Assembly: GCA_043753995.1 (NCBI GenBank)
Contig: JAYUVP010000249.1
Coordinates: forward strand, 1 to 64,000
Length of the DNA: 64,000 nt
Direction: 5' to 3'
DNA from: Fibrobacterota bacterium
Lineage (GTDB): Bacteria > Fibrobacterota > Fibrobacteria > UBA11236
The notes under the pieces were generated by a model, which was not told where the DNA came from, ran no database searches, and saw only the letters and a program-made list of their open reading frames with translations. This document shows positions 31,979 to 41,774 of this stretch, in pieces. Made by a program: the position numbers and the translations under genes. Every line of letters begins with the position of its first letter. The stretch's first letter is position 1.

Positions 31979-33153
31979 AAATCCTCATGATCGAGCCGAT
32001 TGGTTACAGCGGTATCTGCATTTACACTGCGCAATTGTGCAAAGGTCTGGCGAGTGCTGGGGTCCAAGTCTCCCTTGTTACGAGTCGACTTTATGATCCT
32101 GCGGTCATGAAACCTGCTTACGGGTACCATGCAGTGTTGGGCGGTTGCGATCGTAAAACCTCCCGTATCCGCCGGGCCTTGGACTATATGCAAAGTTGGA
32201 AGGCGCTCCCGGGAATTCTGAGATCGGAAAAGCCGGATGCGATCCATTTCCAGAATGCTCTAGTGCCCCCGCTCGATCTCCTCGTCCTCCTCTTTCTTCG
32301 GTGGGTAGGGTATCCGGTCGTCTATACGGTTCATGATGTAGACCGCAGCGGCATGATGAGCCGTCAGCGGATGCGTGTACGCTTGAATCGCTTTGTCGAT
32401 CGAGCTGTTTATCGCGCGGTTAGCCGCCTTATCGTGCATACCAAAGGCAGCGGCGAAGAATTGCAATCTCTCTATTCCATTCCTTCGCAGAAGATCCAAC
32501 GTATCGAACATGGCAACCAAGCTTTCCACCTGGATGGGGTGGAGGTTCCTGTAAAGTCGGAAGCCAGGAAGCGCTTGAGCCTCGATCCCGATGCATTTAC
32601 CGTTCTCTTTTTCGGAGACCGCCGGCCCTCCAAGGGCCTGGATTTGCTGCTACGAGCGCTGGCGAAGGCGCGTCAGAGTGCACCCGGGATGCGTCTGCTC
32701 ATCGCTGGAGAGAGGCGGATGCTTGACACAACCGATTATGAAGGGCTCGCAGCGTCTGAAGGAGTAAGCGACCTTTGCGCCTTTCACGATCGCTTCATCC
32801 CTAACGAAGAGGTTCCTGTCTTTTTTGTCGCCTGCGATATCGTGGCGCTTCCTTATCGGAAAATCTATCAGAGCGGAGTGGTGCATCTCGCCTTCGCCTT
32901 TGCGCGTCCCGTGTTGGCGTCGCGGGTGGGCGGATTGCAAGAAACGGTGGAGGAAGGCAAGACGGGATTTTTTGTCGAAGATCCCGAGGATCTCGATCAA
33001 TTGGCGGCTGTCCTGCTGGAAGCCTACCGGAAGCGCGACTCCCTGCCCGCCATGGGTGCCGAAGCCCGCCGCATCGAAATGGAAGAGCATGGTTGGGAGG
33101 AAATCGCCAAAACCACGCTTAGGATGTATGAAGCCATCCAGGCGGAGCGATGA
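31975..33153 (+). CDS. Glycosyltransferase family 4
   Basis: YTVHD, FFG..KGLDLL, LPY..QSGV, SRVGGL. Confidence 0.93.
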   Translation: MKILMIEPIGYSGICIYTAQLCKGLASAGVQVSLVTSRLYDPAVMKPAYGYHAVLGGCDRKTSRIRRALDYMQSWKALPGILRSEKPDAIHFQNALVPPLDLLVLLFLRWVGYPVVYTVHDVDRSGMMSRQRMRVRLNRFVDRAVYRAVSRLIVHTKGSGEELQSLYSIPSQKIQRIEHGNQAFHLDGVEVPVKSEARKRLSLDPDAFTVLFFGDRRPSKGLDLLLRALAKARQSAPGMRLLIAGERRMLDTTDYEGLAASEGVSDLCAFHDRFIPNEEVPVFFVACDIVALPYRKIYQSGVVHLAFAFARPVLASRVGGLQETVEEGKTGFFVEDPEDLDQLAAVLLEAYRKRDSLPAMGAEARRIEMEEHGWEEIAKTTLRMYEAIQAER

Positions 33154-33941
33154 CCCCGGGAGTGGCCGAGCAAGCGCAGCAAAAAGTTTCCATTTTCGGG
33201 ATTCGCTTCCGAATTTTAACTGTATGTGATCTCATTGACTTTATTTTGAAATCAGCTGGCAAAAGCGAGCGTGTCATCATCGATTATGTGAATGTCCGCT
33301 CGCTCAATCTGGCATACCGAGATCCATGGTTGAAAAATTTCCTCAACCGTTGCGATATGCTCTTCTGCGACGGGATAGGTGTCGTGATCGGCGCCAACAT
33401 GCTGGGTTACCGTATGGGCAAGAAGCACCGGATGACCTGTCCTGACTTCCTGGATGGCCTGGCATCTCAACTGGCTGCAGAATCCCGCAGCTTGTACCTG
33501 CTAGCAGGCGCACCTGGAGTGGCCGCGCGCGCGGCCGAACTGTTGGTGCAGCGCCACCCTTCCCTCAAGGTGGCCCAGCATCACGGCTACTTCAAAAAAA
33601 CTGGCCCGGAGAATGAGCAAGTCTTGGAAGCGTTGGAGCGGTTCCGGCCCGACGTGCTGTACGTGGGATTCGGAATGCCCATTCAGGAACATTGGATCGA
33701 AGACAATCTCGACCGGTTACCGGCCAAGGTCATACTGCCCCTGGGGGCTTGCTTGGATTTCTACACCGGCATGGCCTACCGAGGCCCACGTTGGATGACC
33801 GACCATGGCTTGGAATGGCTGGGCCGGTTGTTCACGGAATCGCCCAAGCGCGTCTTTGGTCGTTATGTGATGGGAAATCCGTTATTCCTATTACGCGTCT
33901 TGATAGAAAGGCTCCGGGGGGGCGGAGCCTCGCGGGCTTAG
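33150..33941 (+). CDS. WecB/TagA/CpsF (GT26) glycosyltransferase
   Basis: CDGIGV, HHGYF, VGFGMPIQE, GACLDF, GLEWLGRL. Confidence 0.92.
   Translation: MTPGVAEQAQQKVSIFGIRFRILTVCDLIDFILKSAGKSERVIIDYVNVRSLNLAYRDPWLKNFLNRCDMLFCDGIGVVIGANMLGYRMGKKHRMTCPDFLDGLASQLAAESRSLYLLAGAPGVAARAAELLVQRHPSLKVAQHHGYFKKTGPENEQVLEALERFRPDVLYVGFGMPIQEHWIEDNLDRLPAKVILPLGACLDFYTGMAYRGPRWMTDHGLEWLGRLFTESPKRVFGRYVMGNPLFLLRVLIERLRGGGASRA
33909..33930 (-). terminator. GC hairpin at a convergent gene junction, possible terminator of the minus-strand lipoprotein gene
   Basis: AGGCTCCG/CGGAGCCT perfect 8-bp stem with only a weak U-tail. Confidence 0.35.
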
Positions 33942-36385
33942 TTTTCCAATGCGGGGTCGTATTCCTCAACATCGTATTGATCTCCGTCCTGCCAATCCAT
34001 GAATCCGTTCCCGGTAGTAATCTTGCCCCCAAAGCAATAAATCTTACTCTTACTTTCAACGCATGCGGAATGGGTAATTGGAAGGAGGCGGTCACTCACC
34101 CTTTTAGAAGTTCCCAGCTCCAAGTTAAAGGCATCGACCCTCGTTTTTCCAGTTTTAAGGACACCATTCTCATACCACTCATTATAGCCGCCGATGGTAT
34201 AGACTAAATCATTCAGTTGCACCAATGAAAACAGTCGTTTGCTAGCAGGTTCTGGCCACTTCTTATTTTTAATCCACACCTTACTGGTAGTGTCATAAAT
34301 ATCAATAAACATAGGTAGATCGCGATATCCGTCTACTCCAAATACCGTATACAATTTTCCGTTTGACCAAAAACAAGTAGGAACTGAAATCGCATCGGAG
34401 TCTTGTTTGATGGTCCACGTTTCCTCGGTGGGCCTGTACTCAAATAGTGTTCTCTTATTCTGCTCAAAATCCTGTCCGACCATTAGGAATTTATCACCAG
34501 TATAAGATCCGGATAGGTTGTATTGTTGGATTTCAGTCGAAGCACCCAGACGCCATTTTGGAGAAATGGGGTCAAAGATAAAGGCCTGAGTTTTTCTTTC
34601 GCGTGGAGTATTCCCAAAGGCATAAATTAAGCCATTTCCCCTTTGGCAATAGGACAAGTAGGACATAACTGGAAGTTCATAATAAGTAGTATTTGACCAT
34701 TTATTAGTAGAGGGGAAATAATAAGCGTGTTGAGTGTAATCTGGATTGGAATGTTGCATTAAAAGAATGCTGTCTCCCATATTTATGGCAAATAGGCTGC
34801 GATACATAGATCCTCCAAAAGGCATTTTTGATTTCAATGACCAGCCATTGGGTTTTATAAAGATATCTACAGGCCCTAAATTTGCGCTACGACGACCATC
34901 GTTGACCGTGATCGAAATCCTTGAAACAAGTCCTTTATCGCTATTGGTTGGAGTTCCAGTCATTACTCCTGTCAGGGTGTCCAAAGTCATCCATTTCGGA
35001 AGGCCTGATGCGGTTATCCTAAGTTTATCTCCATCTGCATCGGAAATTTTCGGTCTCCAGGACACAAGAGAATTGGCCCAGATACTATCTGGCCAATTCA
35101 AGCTAATTTCTGGTCCTCTATTACTCATCACCCATACAGTCTTATTCCAAACCGTGCCGCCCACGTCTTTCACCTTGATGTAGACTCCATAGATGCCCTC
35201 TTTGGGCCAACCGAATTTCAACAGCGCGGTCGCTTGTCGCTGGCCTCCCAAAGTGGTCGTGGCAATGATGGAATCCGGACGTCCCAAGGCCCACGTAACC
35301 TCGGCAAGACCCCTTCCAGTGCTTTCCAACTGGGCGACCACTTCGGTGGAATCCACCGACTTCTCGGCATCCCATCTTACACTTGTGACGCTGGCATTGA
35401 TGGTGGTCGCTGCGGCAGAGGGAGGCGGTGCACTGACCTCCGCGAATTCATAACCAAGACCGATCTGATCGGAGCGGCTACGGATACGGACCCGATAGCG
35501 ATACCGCATTCCTGATGGGTCTGATTGGGAATACGGAAAGTTCAAAGTGGATCGAACCAAGGTATCTGCGTAGCTGCTATCGGTTGTAATTCCGATAGGT
35601 AGGTAAGAGAGACTGACGGCATTGGCGGGATCGCGATAAATCAGGTATTCCGAAAAATTGCGATAAGCGACCGGCTTCCAACTCAAATGCATAATGCCAT
35701 TCAGGGTATCATAGGAGGCGGCGATCTCCCGCACCACTGGAATGCCCGTGAATGGAAGCCACAGCGTGTCCTTCAGAGAGTCGACTTTCCCACCTTCGAC
35801 GCGGATCGTTTTGTAAAGGGGCGGGTACTCGAGTAAGGTGGTCAAAACGCGCAAGGTATAAGTTCCCCGTGCAAGATTGTTCAACCGGAAATGTCCATCC
35901 CCTTCCACATTGGCAAAGGCATTGGTTCCCATCACTTGCACGGTGGTCGTAATAGGGTCGTGGTTCGGCTGCAATCCAACAATTCCCGCAACCGAGCCGG
36001 GTGCTCCTAAGGTGTCATTGGAAATGGTTGTGGTTTGCTCCGAGATGAATACAGAGTCTGTAAAGGAATACTGGCCCTTCAATTCGCTCAGGACATTGTA
36101 TTCGCCACGGACCAGGGAGTCGACTTGGTATTTGCCCTGCTCATCGGCGAAGTCAGAAAAGGCTGGCGCGCCAGAGTCGGGCAAATGATCGACAGGGAAT
36201 AAGCGGACTCGTGCTCCCTTGGCGGGTGTGCCGTCGGCCAAGTAGACAAAGCCCACGCGGAGTTCATTGTCGACGATGGTGCCGCGCTTGGTTTCCTTAT
36301 CTGATTCGAAGAGGCAACCGGAACCCAAAAGGGTTGCCGATGCAAGCAGGGTTATCCATTTCTGTTTGATCACTTTGAGCCTCAT
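33938..36385 (-). CDS. Lipoprotein with carboxypeptidase-regulatory-like, putative Ig and Kelch-repeat domains (paralogue of 23177..25777)
   Basis: Lipobox GSGC; LQPNHDP..TVQV.GTN shared with the paralogue; GLPKWMTLD..TGTP Ig; YTIGGY, IYCFGG and VEEYDP Kelch motifs. Confidence 0.78.
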   Translation of the reverse strand: MRLKVIKQKWITLLASATLLGSGCLFESDKETKRGTIVDNELRVGFVYLADGTPAKGARVRLFPVDHLPDSGAPAFSDFADEQGKYQVDSLVRGEYNVLSELKGQYSFTDSVFISEQTTTISNDTLGAPGSVAGIVGLQPNHDPITTTVQVMGTNAFANVEGDGHFRLNNLARGTYTLRVLTTLLEYPPLYKTIRVEGGKVDSLKDTLWLPFTGIPVVREIAASYDTLNGIMHLSWKPVAYRNFSEYLIYRDPANAVSLSYLPIGITTDSSYADTLVRSTLNFPYSQSDPSGMRYRYRVRIRSRSDQIGLGYEFAEVSAPPPSAAATTINASVTSVRWDAEKSVDSTEVVAQLESTGRGLAEVTWALGRPDSIIATTTLGGQRQATALLKFGWPKEGIYGVYIKVKDVGGTVWNKTVWVMSNRGPEISLNWPDSIWANSLVSWRPKISDADGDKLRITASGLPKWMTLDTLTGVMTGTPTNSDKGLVSRISITVNDGRRSANLGPVDIFIKPNGWSLKSKMPFGGSMYRSLFAINMGDSILLMQHSNPDYTQHAYYFPSTNKWSNTTYYELPVMSYLSYCQRGNGLIYAFGNTPRERKTQAFIFDPISPKWRLGASTEIQQYNLSGSYTGDKFLMVGQDFEQNKRTLFEYRPTEETWTIKQDSDAISVPTCFWSNGKLYTVFGVDGYRDLPMFIDIYDTTSKVWIKNKKWPEPASKRLFSLVQLNDLVYTIGGYNEWYENGVLKTGKTRVDAFNLELGTSKRVSDRLLPITHSACVESKSKIYCFGGKITTGNGFMDWQDGDQYDVEEYDPALEN

Positions 36386-37206
36386 CGGGTCACGGGAAAA
36401 AATTGAATGTTGAATTGGTAGACGCGCTCCGGTGCCGCATCTTCTTCCATGAGGAGCATCAGCCGTTTCCGCAGGACTTCGATTTCGTTCACTGCGTTCT
36501 CAAACCCTTTTTTGGAGAATGAAAAAGTGATGGCGGAGATATGTCTTTCCTCTTTCTCCACCTCTTCAAGCGCGGTCATGGCGAGTTCCATGGTGGTACG
36601 CAAAAAATTTGCCACATACAGGGATTTGAAGCTGGGATCCTTTTTCAAGGTGGATTCCCTGGGCTTGTATTTACCCTGCGCGTTTTTGCGCACGAAACCC
36701 AGCTTTTCCAGCAGTGCCATGGCGTCACGAGCCTGAGATGGCTTGATAGGGGGCATCAGCTTTTTGGCTAAGGCGTCCACATCTCCCGAGAAATCATGGA
36801 TGAAAAGCAATTCCCGGATAACGGTGTTGTACCAACTGCTAAAGAATTCCAACTGCTCGCGCCCGACGAGGTCGACCCGTCGGTCCTTGAAGGAAACGAG
36901 TTTGCGGAAATGGCGATTCCGTTCCTCAAGCGTACTGGACTGGTTATAGAGCACCAGGGTTTCCAAGTAGTCGACTTCTTTTTCCCTCAACTCTAGGAGT
37001 TCGGCGAGTTTGACAATAGTTGCGCTCCCGAGATTTGCTCTTCCTTTTAGAACATCACCGAACCACCCGCTGGATGCAAATCCCAGTCGGGAGCTGATAT
37101 AGCGGTGTGAAAATCGAGGGTTTTTGGCTCTGGTATGGGCATAAAAATCTTTTAGGAAAAGGCGGAAATCGGTATAGGCGAAAATGGAGGGGGTTTGTGA
37201 TTGCAT
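36382..37206 (-). CDS. TIGR02147-family protein
   Basis: IFAYTDFRLFL..FSHRY, FFSSWYNTVIRELL, ERHIS, VYQFNIQFFPV; ATGA overlap with the lipoprotein gene. Confidence 0.85.
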   Translation of the reverse strand: MQSQTPSIFAYTDFRLFLKDFYAHTRAKNPRFSHRYISSRLGFASSGWFGDVLKGRANLGSATIVKLAELLELREKEVDYLETLVLYNQSSTLEERNRHFRKLVSFKDRRVDLVGREQLEFFSSWYNTVIRELLFIHDFSGDVDALAKKLMPPIKPSQARDAMALLEKLGFVRKNAQGKYKPRESTLKKDPSFKSLYVANFLRTTMELAMTALEEVEKEERHISAITFSFSKKGFENAVNEIEVLRKRLMLLMEEDAAPERVYQFNIQFFPVTR

Positions 37207-37351
37207 GGGCGTTGGTTTAGTATAGGTCGATATCCCGGTGACCTGATTGCCATAGAAGCAAGAAGCGCTCTTTTTTTCCGGACGGTTGGCTATGCGGAAC
37301 CTTCGGATGTTTTCATGACAAACCTTGCCGAGGCACCTACTTTCCAATGGA

Positions 37352-38074
37352 ATGAAAATCGTCATGACATCGGCTTGGAACCCCATCATCCCCAAGTCTG
37401 AAGCCGTCCTTACCGAACGCCGGAACAGGCTGCTGGCTAGTCTGAAGTTCTATCGCAAGTTCGAACCGATTACCCAGATCATTCTGCTCGATTCTACCCT
37501 GCTACCCCAGGACCGGGAGCAGCTTCGCGCAACCCATGGGGAAAGTCTTCAACTCCCAACCTTGAAAACGTATCCCGTTGGGGAATACCGAGGGCCAAGT
37601 TATTTGGAGTCTCTCCTCTACGCCCAATACCACCCCGATTTCGAGCCGGAAAAGGATTTCGTTTTCAAGATCACCGGTGGATATATCGTCAGGAATTTCG
37701 CCGCCATCCTTCAACGCGTGTCCGAACTACAGCTGTCGGCGATGGGGTTTCTCATCCAGCCGCCTTTGGATTTGCGGATGCACTATGCACTGACCGGTTG
37801 CCTTGGCCTACGCAGTGATTATTTCGCGGACTTTCTCCGGTTCGCATCCAGCCGCTCTGAGGAGCTGCGTACCGAACCGTTGGAGCGGATTTACTGCACC
37901 TATCTACGCAGTCTGGGGGGCAAACGTGGCGCGCGCATCCCTTATCCGGATATCGACGCCTATTTCTCCACATCGGGGTTTACCGACAAAGATTCTCGAT
38001 ACCGTAATCAATATTACGGCTGGAGGTTCTTCGCCGCCCTAGGCTTGAACACCATCACCTTAAGAAACCGCTGA
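37352..38074 (+). CDS. Hypothetical protein of a polysaccharide locus (possible glycosyltransferase-like)
   Basis: 240-aa ORF; GPSYLESLL..FKITGGYIVRN resembles the KxTGRY motif seen in EPS-cluster hypotheticals. Confidence 0.55.
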   Translation: MKIVMTSAWNPIIPKSEAVLTERRNRLLASLKFYRKFEPITQIILLDSTLLPQDREQLRATHGESLQLPTLKTYPVGEYRGPSYLESLLYAQYHPDFEPEKDFVFKITGGYIVRNFAAILQRVSELQLSAMGFLIQPPLDLRMHYALTGCLGLRSDYFADFLRFASSRSEELRTEPLERIYCTYLRSLGGKRGARIPYPDIDAYFSTSGFTDKDSRYRNQYYGWRFFAALGLNTITLRNR

Positions 38075-39337
38075 AGTCGCGGCTCCCGTAGGAGCCCGGC
38101 AGCGAATGCGAGCGTACCAAAAATACGCTACGAACGAAGCAAAGGAGGCCGATAGCCCCGAGAGGGCCGCTCCGAAAAAGCTGATATGCGGGATAAGGAG
38201 TATGTTCAGTCCAATAGTGATTCCTGCTGTCGCCACCACCACCAGAATACCGATGTAGGTCTGTTCGAAATAGACTATGAAATTGGCGAATAAATGTTGG
38301 AGGCATTGGAACACGGTGCCGACTATCATGATGGGGAGCACCGGAAGAACGCTCCAATAGTCATGCTTGATGATGCCAATTTTCAGGCAAAACCAAAAGG
38401 TGACCCACTCGGCGACGCCCAGCAAGGTGAACACCAAGGCGACCACTTTCGCTGCCTTGACGACCTTGGCGAAGGCGGTAGATCGATCCTTTTCCTTGAA
38501 GAACATGGGTACCCACACGCCCTGGAACGAAGAGAAGGTCAGCATAATGACGCTGCAAATGGTCACACAAAGGTTCAACGTGGCCATCTCAGACAGGGGA
38601 TAGAACTTTTCCATAATGAACTTATCAGAAAAGCCGTAGGCGACCCCTATGACGGAAGACAGGGTGGTGGGCAATCCGATCTTAAGCGCCGTTCGTGCCA
38701 TATTCGCATCGAAATGAATACGCATCATCCGCACATAAGGGATAGCGAAAGTCAGGATGAGCAAGCCTTCGAAAATGGTAAGAGCCTTAAAACGGATCAG
38801 GGCCTTGTCGCCGGGTATCAGATAAAGCGTGGCCAAAATAAGGGGTGCTACGATGATCAAACGGCTCAGGTTGAATTTCTGTATCGTACGGATCTGGATG
38901 CTGTTGAAAAAGTGGGTCGTGACCATGGTCGAATAGATCGAGGAAGTCACGGCGGCCAGAAAGAACCATCGATACGCAGGGTAATCAATGGGATTATTCC
39001 GGAATAGGAATCCGGAAAGGCGGACATCGAGACCGGTAACTGCGATAAGTCCCAGGGCCCCCGCCAAGAAGCCTACCATAAGCAAGTTGATTGTAAATAG
39101 GAGCGCCCCTTTCCTTTCCGGAGGGAAATCATGGAACATCTTGCCCTGGGAAACGAACAGGCCGAAGTTGAGCATGGTTGCGTAAGCGCCAACGATCGAA
39201 ATCAGGTAGCTGTAGGTACCGAATTCCGATTTGCTCATTACCTTCAGGTAAAATGGGAGCAGGAATACGTTAGATGCCTTGACAATGGCATCGACACTGA
39301 GAACTCTGGAAAAACGCGATACCAACTCGGTCTTCAT
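38060..39337 (-). CDS. Wzx-like polysaccharide flippase
   Basis: LLPFYL..SEFG.Y, SDKFI, LNILLIP..GAA motifs; about 12 TMs. Confidence 0.85.
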   Translation of the reverse strand: MKTELVSRFSRVLSVDAIVKASNVFLLPFYLKVMSKSEFGTYSYLISIVGAYATMLNFGLFVSQGKMFHDFPPERKGALLFTINLLMVGFLAGALGLIAVTGLDVRLSGFLFRNNPIDYPAYRWFFLAAVTSSIYSTMVTTHFFNSIQIRTIQKFNLSRLIIVAPLILATLYLIPGDKALIRFKALTIFEGLLILTFAIPYVRMMRIHFDANMARTALKIGLPTTLSSVIGVAYGFSDKFIMEKFYPLSEMATLNLCVTICSVIMLTFSSFQGVWVPMFFKEKDRSTAFAKVVKAAKVVALVFTLLGVAEWVTFWFCLKIGIIKHDYWSVLPVLPIMIVGTVFQCLQHLFANFIVYFEQTYIGILVVVATAGITIGLNILLIPHISFFGAALSGLSASFASFVAYFWYARIRCRAPTGAATSAVS

Positions 39338-39395
39338 GAGAGACCGGATTCTTTCGCGGAGGGGAAGGGTTCTGGTGGGGATTTTCTTTCCCCTT

Positions 39396-41696
39396 TTACT
39401 TTTGAATTGCCTGTATTGACAAAATAACTGCCGCCGCAACTCCAAGCGTGCCCAACAAAGCATTTATGCCGACAATCCAATCCACCGGCTTGGGCTCTGG
39501 CCCCTGTGGCACATAAATCACGCTCCCCGCATCTGGCTTTCGGTTGAAGGCCCCTTCGCTAGAAGCTTCCCCGTTAGCATACTGAACCACAACCCTGCCC
39601 TTTTCGCTGCGTCTCGTAAACCCTCCGGCATGCTCGATGTAGTACCCGGTGGAAGCTCCTTCCTTGTACAATACACTGGTCTCAAACCCAACCTCGCCCA
39701 TCACCTTCACGGTGCTGGAAACCTCAGGTACAAACAAACTATCCCGGCCCACCAGTGAAATATTGCTCTTCTTCTTTGGGTGTTTCACCGCATAAGCCAC
39801 ATCCACGCCTACGCGACCAATGCTGTCTTTATGCCTGAAAAACCGAGCGCCTTCTACATAGGCCCCTTCTTTAAAACCACCCGCCCGCTCCACAACACTT
39901 GCCAATTTTTCTCCTGGATAAAGCAAAGCATATTTCCCTGGCCTATTGAACAAACCATTTAGTACCACGACTTCCTTGAGATACCAACGGGGGTCCACTG
40001 GGATATGCACCACATCATAGGGCTCCAGCCCTAGATTCTTTTCGTCCTTGTCTAAGCCGCCATCCATGGAAATTTCCACTTGCTTGACCTTGCGTTCGTG
40101 GGCATCGCCGCGAAAGACCAAGGCTTTCCCACTTTCGTGGTCGGGCAAGAACCCACCGGCTTGCATGACGAGGTCCTTCACGGTCATGCCTTTCCTGAAC
40201 TCGTATTTTCCTGGATTGAAAACTGAACCGGCGATTTCAACGCTGTCGGGTAAGAACATGTCTTTCACGCTATAGAGAATGACATTGTCCTTGGGCTCAA
40301 GATGAATAGAATCGGGTGATGTCTCTTGCACCCCATAGGCGAAAAGTTCGCTGGAGCCATCGGGATGAAAGCGCACCACGTGGACGCGACCCAGAAAGGC
40401 ATCTTCGCGCAGGCCACCGGCCTTTTGAATAAGCTGGGTGACCGAAGCAATACCTTCGCTTTGATAGGTGCCAGGGTATTTGACGGGGCCAGTGATGGTG
40501 AAATAGTTACGCGTAGGTTCGGTCGATTTCTCAATCAAAACCTTATCGCCGTCTCGCAACGTGAACGTTGCCTTGCCCGTCAAAAAATCCTGCGGCGGAG
40601 GTAGATCGATATAGTCCGATTTGCCGTCTTCAAAGACCCGCTGCAAAGTCATTTTCTGAGTCGCCGCCGTGGCATTCAAGCCGCCAGCATAGATCAACAA
40701 TTCCTTTATACCTTCGGTCTTTTTCATTTCATACATGGCGGGCCTTCCCACGTCACCGGAAATTTCCACCAGAATCTCCGCTCGCGCTGCAAAGACAATA
40801 TCGCCATCCTGCACCACGTCGGGCTTCAGGGTTTCGCCCCGTAGCAGATAATCGTATAAGTCGAGCGGATATTTTTTCCCGCCGCGATTCAGCACCAAAT
40901 TGCGAACCGTGCCGATGTCGGTGGGTCCTTGGGCAAAGTACATAGCGGTCAATATGCTGGTATGTCCTGTAAAGACATATCCGCCGGGGATTTTCACTTC
41001 TCCCAGCACGAATACTTTTTTCGGGCCGACTCGACCCACGGTGAGATTGACATTGGTGGTGCCGCGATTGATGCCTGAATAAATACGCGACAGGCGCTCG
41101 CGAACCCGCTTTTCAGCCTCGCCGACATTCAATCCAGCCAGGGGGATTTGCCCCACGCCTTCTAAGAAAATGGCGCCTTCGGCATTCAGGGTGAGCGGAT
41201 ATTCTTTTTCCTTGTCGCCCCAGAGCGAGACGGTCACGCCATCATTGGGACCGAGAATGTATTCCCGGCCAACGGCCCCAGTCGAACTGGAAAAAGCGCT
41301 TTTATCGACTGTTTGAAAAATTCTCTGTTCATAACGCTTGGCCAGGCGTTTTTTCTTCTTCCGTCCACCTTTGGTGGTATCGGCAGGGCCAGCCAGCGTG
41401 TCAAATTCCGATTCCAAGCTGTCCATGCTTTTCGGCCCGGCAATCAAGGAGTCGAGAATGGCTTCTTCAATAGCCTTGTCGGAGAGGCGTGAGTTTTCGG
41501 ATCCCTTGCGTCCGCCCGCTTGATTTTTCTTGAGCTGAACCAAGGAATCCAAGGTGGCTTGGTCCACGCCCATCATGCTTTGGGCCTGAAGCTGGCGGGC
41601 TTGCGAAACCTTGTCCTCCAAGCTTTGGCTATGGCTTGCAGAGCCCAAAGAAAAAACGAGGGCCGCCAAGGACCATCCGACATAAGATCTTGACAT
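39396..41696 (-). CDS. Polysaccharide export protein with multiple SLBB domains (Wza/KpsD-like)
   Basis: YILGPND Poly_export motif; repeated V.GEV..PG.Y..AGG SLBB units; signal peptide. Confidence 0.9.
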   Translation of the reverse strand: MSRSYVGWSLAALVFSLGSASHSQSLEDKVSQARQLQAQSMMGVDQATLDSLVQLKKNQAGGRKGSENSRLSDKAIEEAILDSLIAGPKSMDSLESEFDTLAGPADTTKGGRKKKKRLAKRYEQRIFQTVDKSAFSSSTGAVGREYILGPNDGVTVSLWGDKEKEYPLTLNAEGAIFLEGVGQIPLAGLNVGEAEKRVRERLSRIYSGINRGTTNVNLTVGRVGPKKVFVLGEVKIPGGYVFTGHTSILTAMYFAQGPTDIGTVRNLVLNRGGKKYPLDLYDYLLRGETLKPDVVQDGDIVFAARAEILVEISGDVGRPAMYEMKKTEGIKELLIYAGGLNATAATQKMTLQRVFEDGKSDYIDLPPPQDFLTGKATFTLRDGDKVLIEKSTEPTRNYFTITGPVKYPGTYQSEGIASVTQLIQKAGGLREDAFLGRVHVVRFHPDGSSELFAYGVQETSPDSIHLEPKDNVILYSVKDMFLPDSVEIAGSVFNPGKYEFRKGMTVKDLVMQAGGFLPDHESGKALVFRGDAHERKVKQVEISMDGGLDKDEKNLGLEPYDVVHIPVDPRWYLKEVVVLNGLFNRPGKYALLYPGEKLASVVERAGGFKEGAYVEGARFFRHKDSIGRVGVDVAYAVKHPKKKSNISLVGRDSLFVPEVSSTVKVMGEVGFETSVLYKEGASTGYYIEHAGGFTRRSEKGRVVVQYANGEASSEGAFNRKPDAGSVIYVPQGPEPKPVDWIVGINALLGTLGVAAAVILSIQAIQK

Positions 41697-41774
41697 AAAA
41701 GGAAGTGTAAAAAATCCCATGATCGAAGCCAAAGAAGGAAGGCCAGCGCTAACCCTTTGCGCCTAGAGGCCCTC

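Noticed and set aside
22300..37260. Shared CAG(A/G)T(T/C)ACCG motif upstream of both TIGR02147 genes
   Set aside because: Only 8/10 match in two instances; not distinguishable from chance.
25778..38074. Invertible segment explaining the opposite arms of the glycan locus
   Set aside because: No terminal inverted repeats or recombinase seen.
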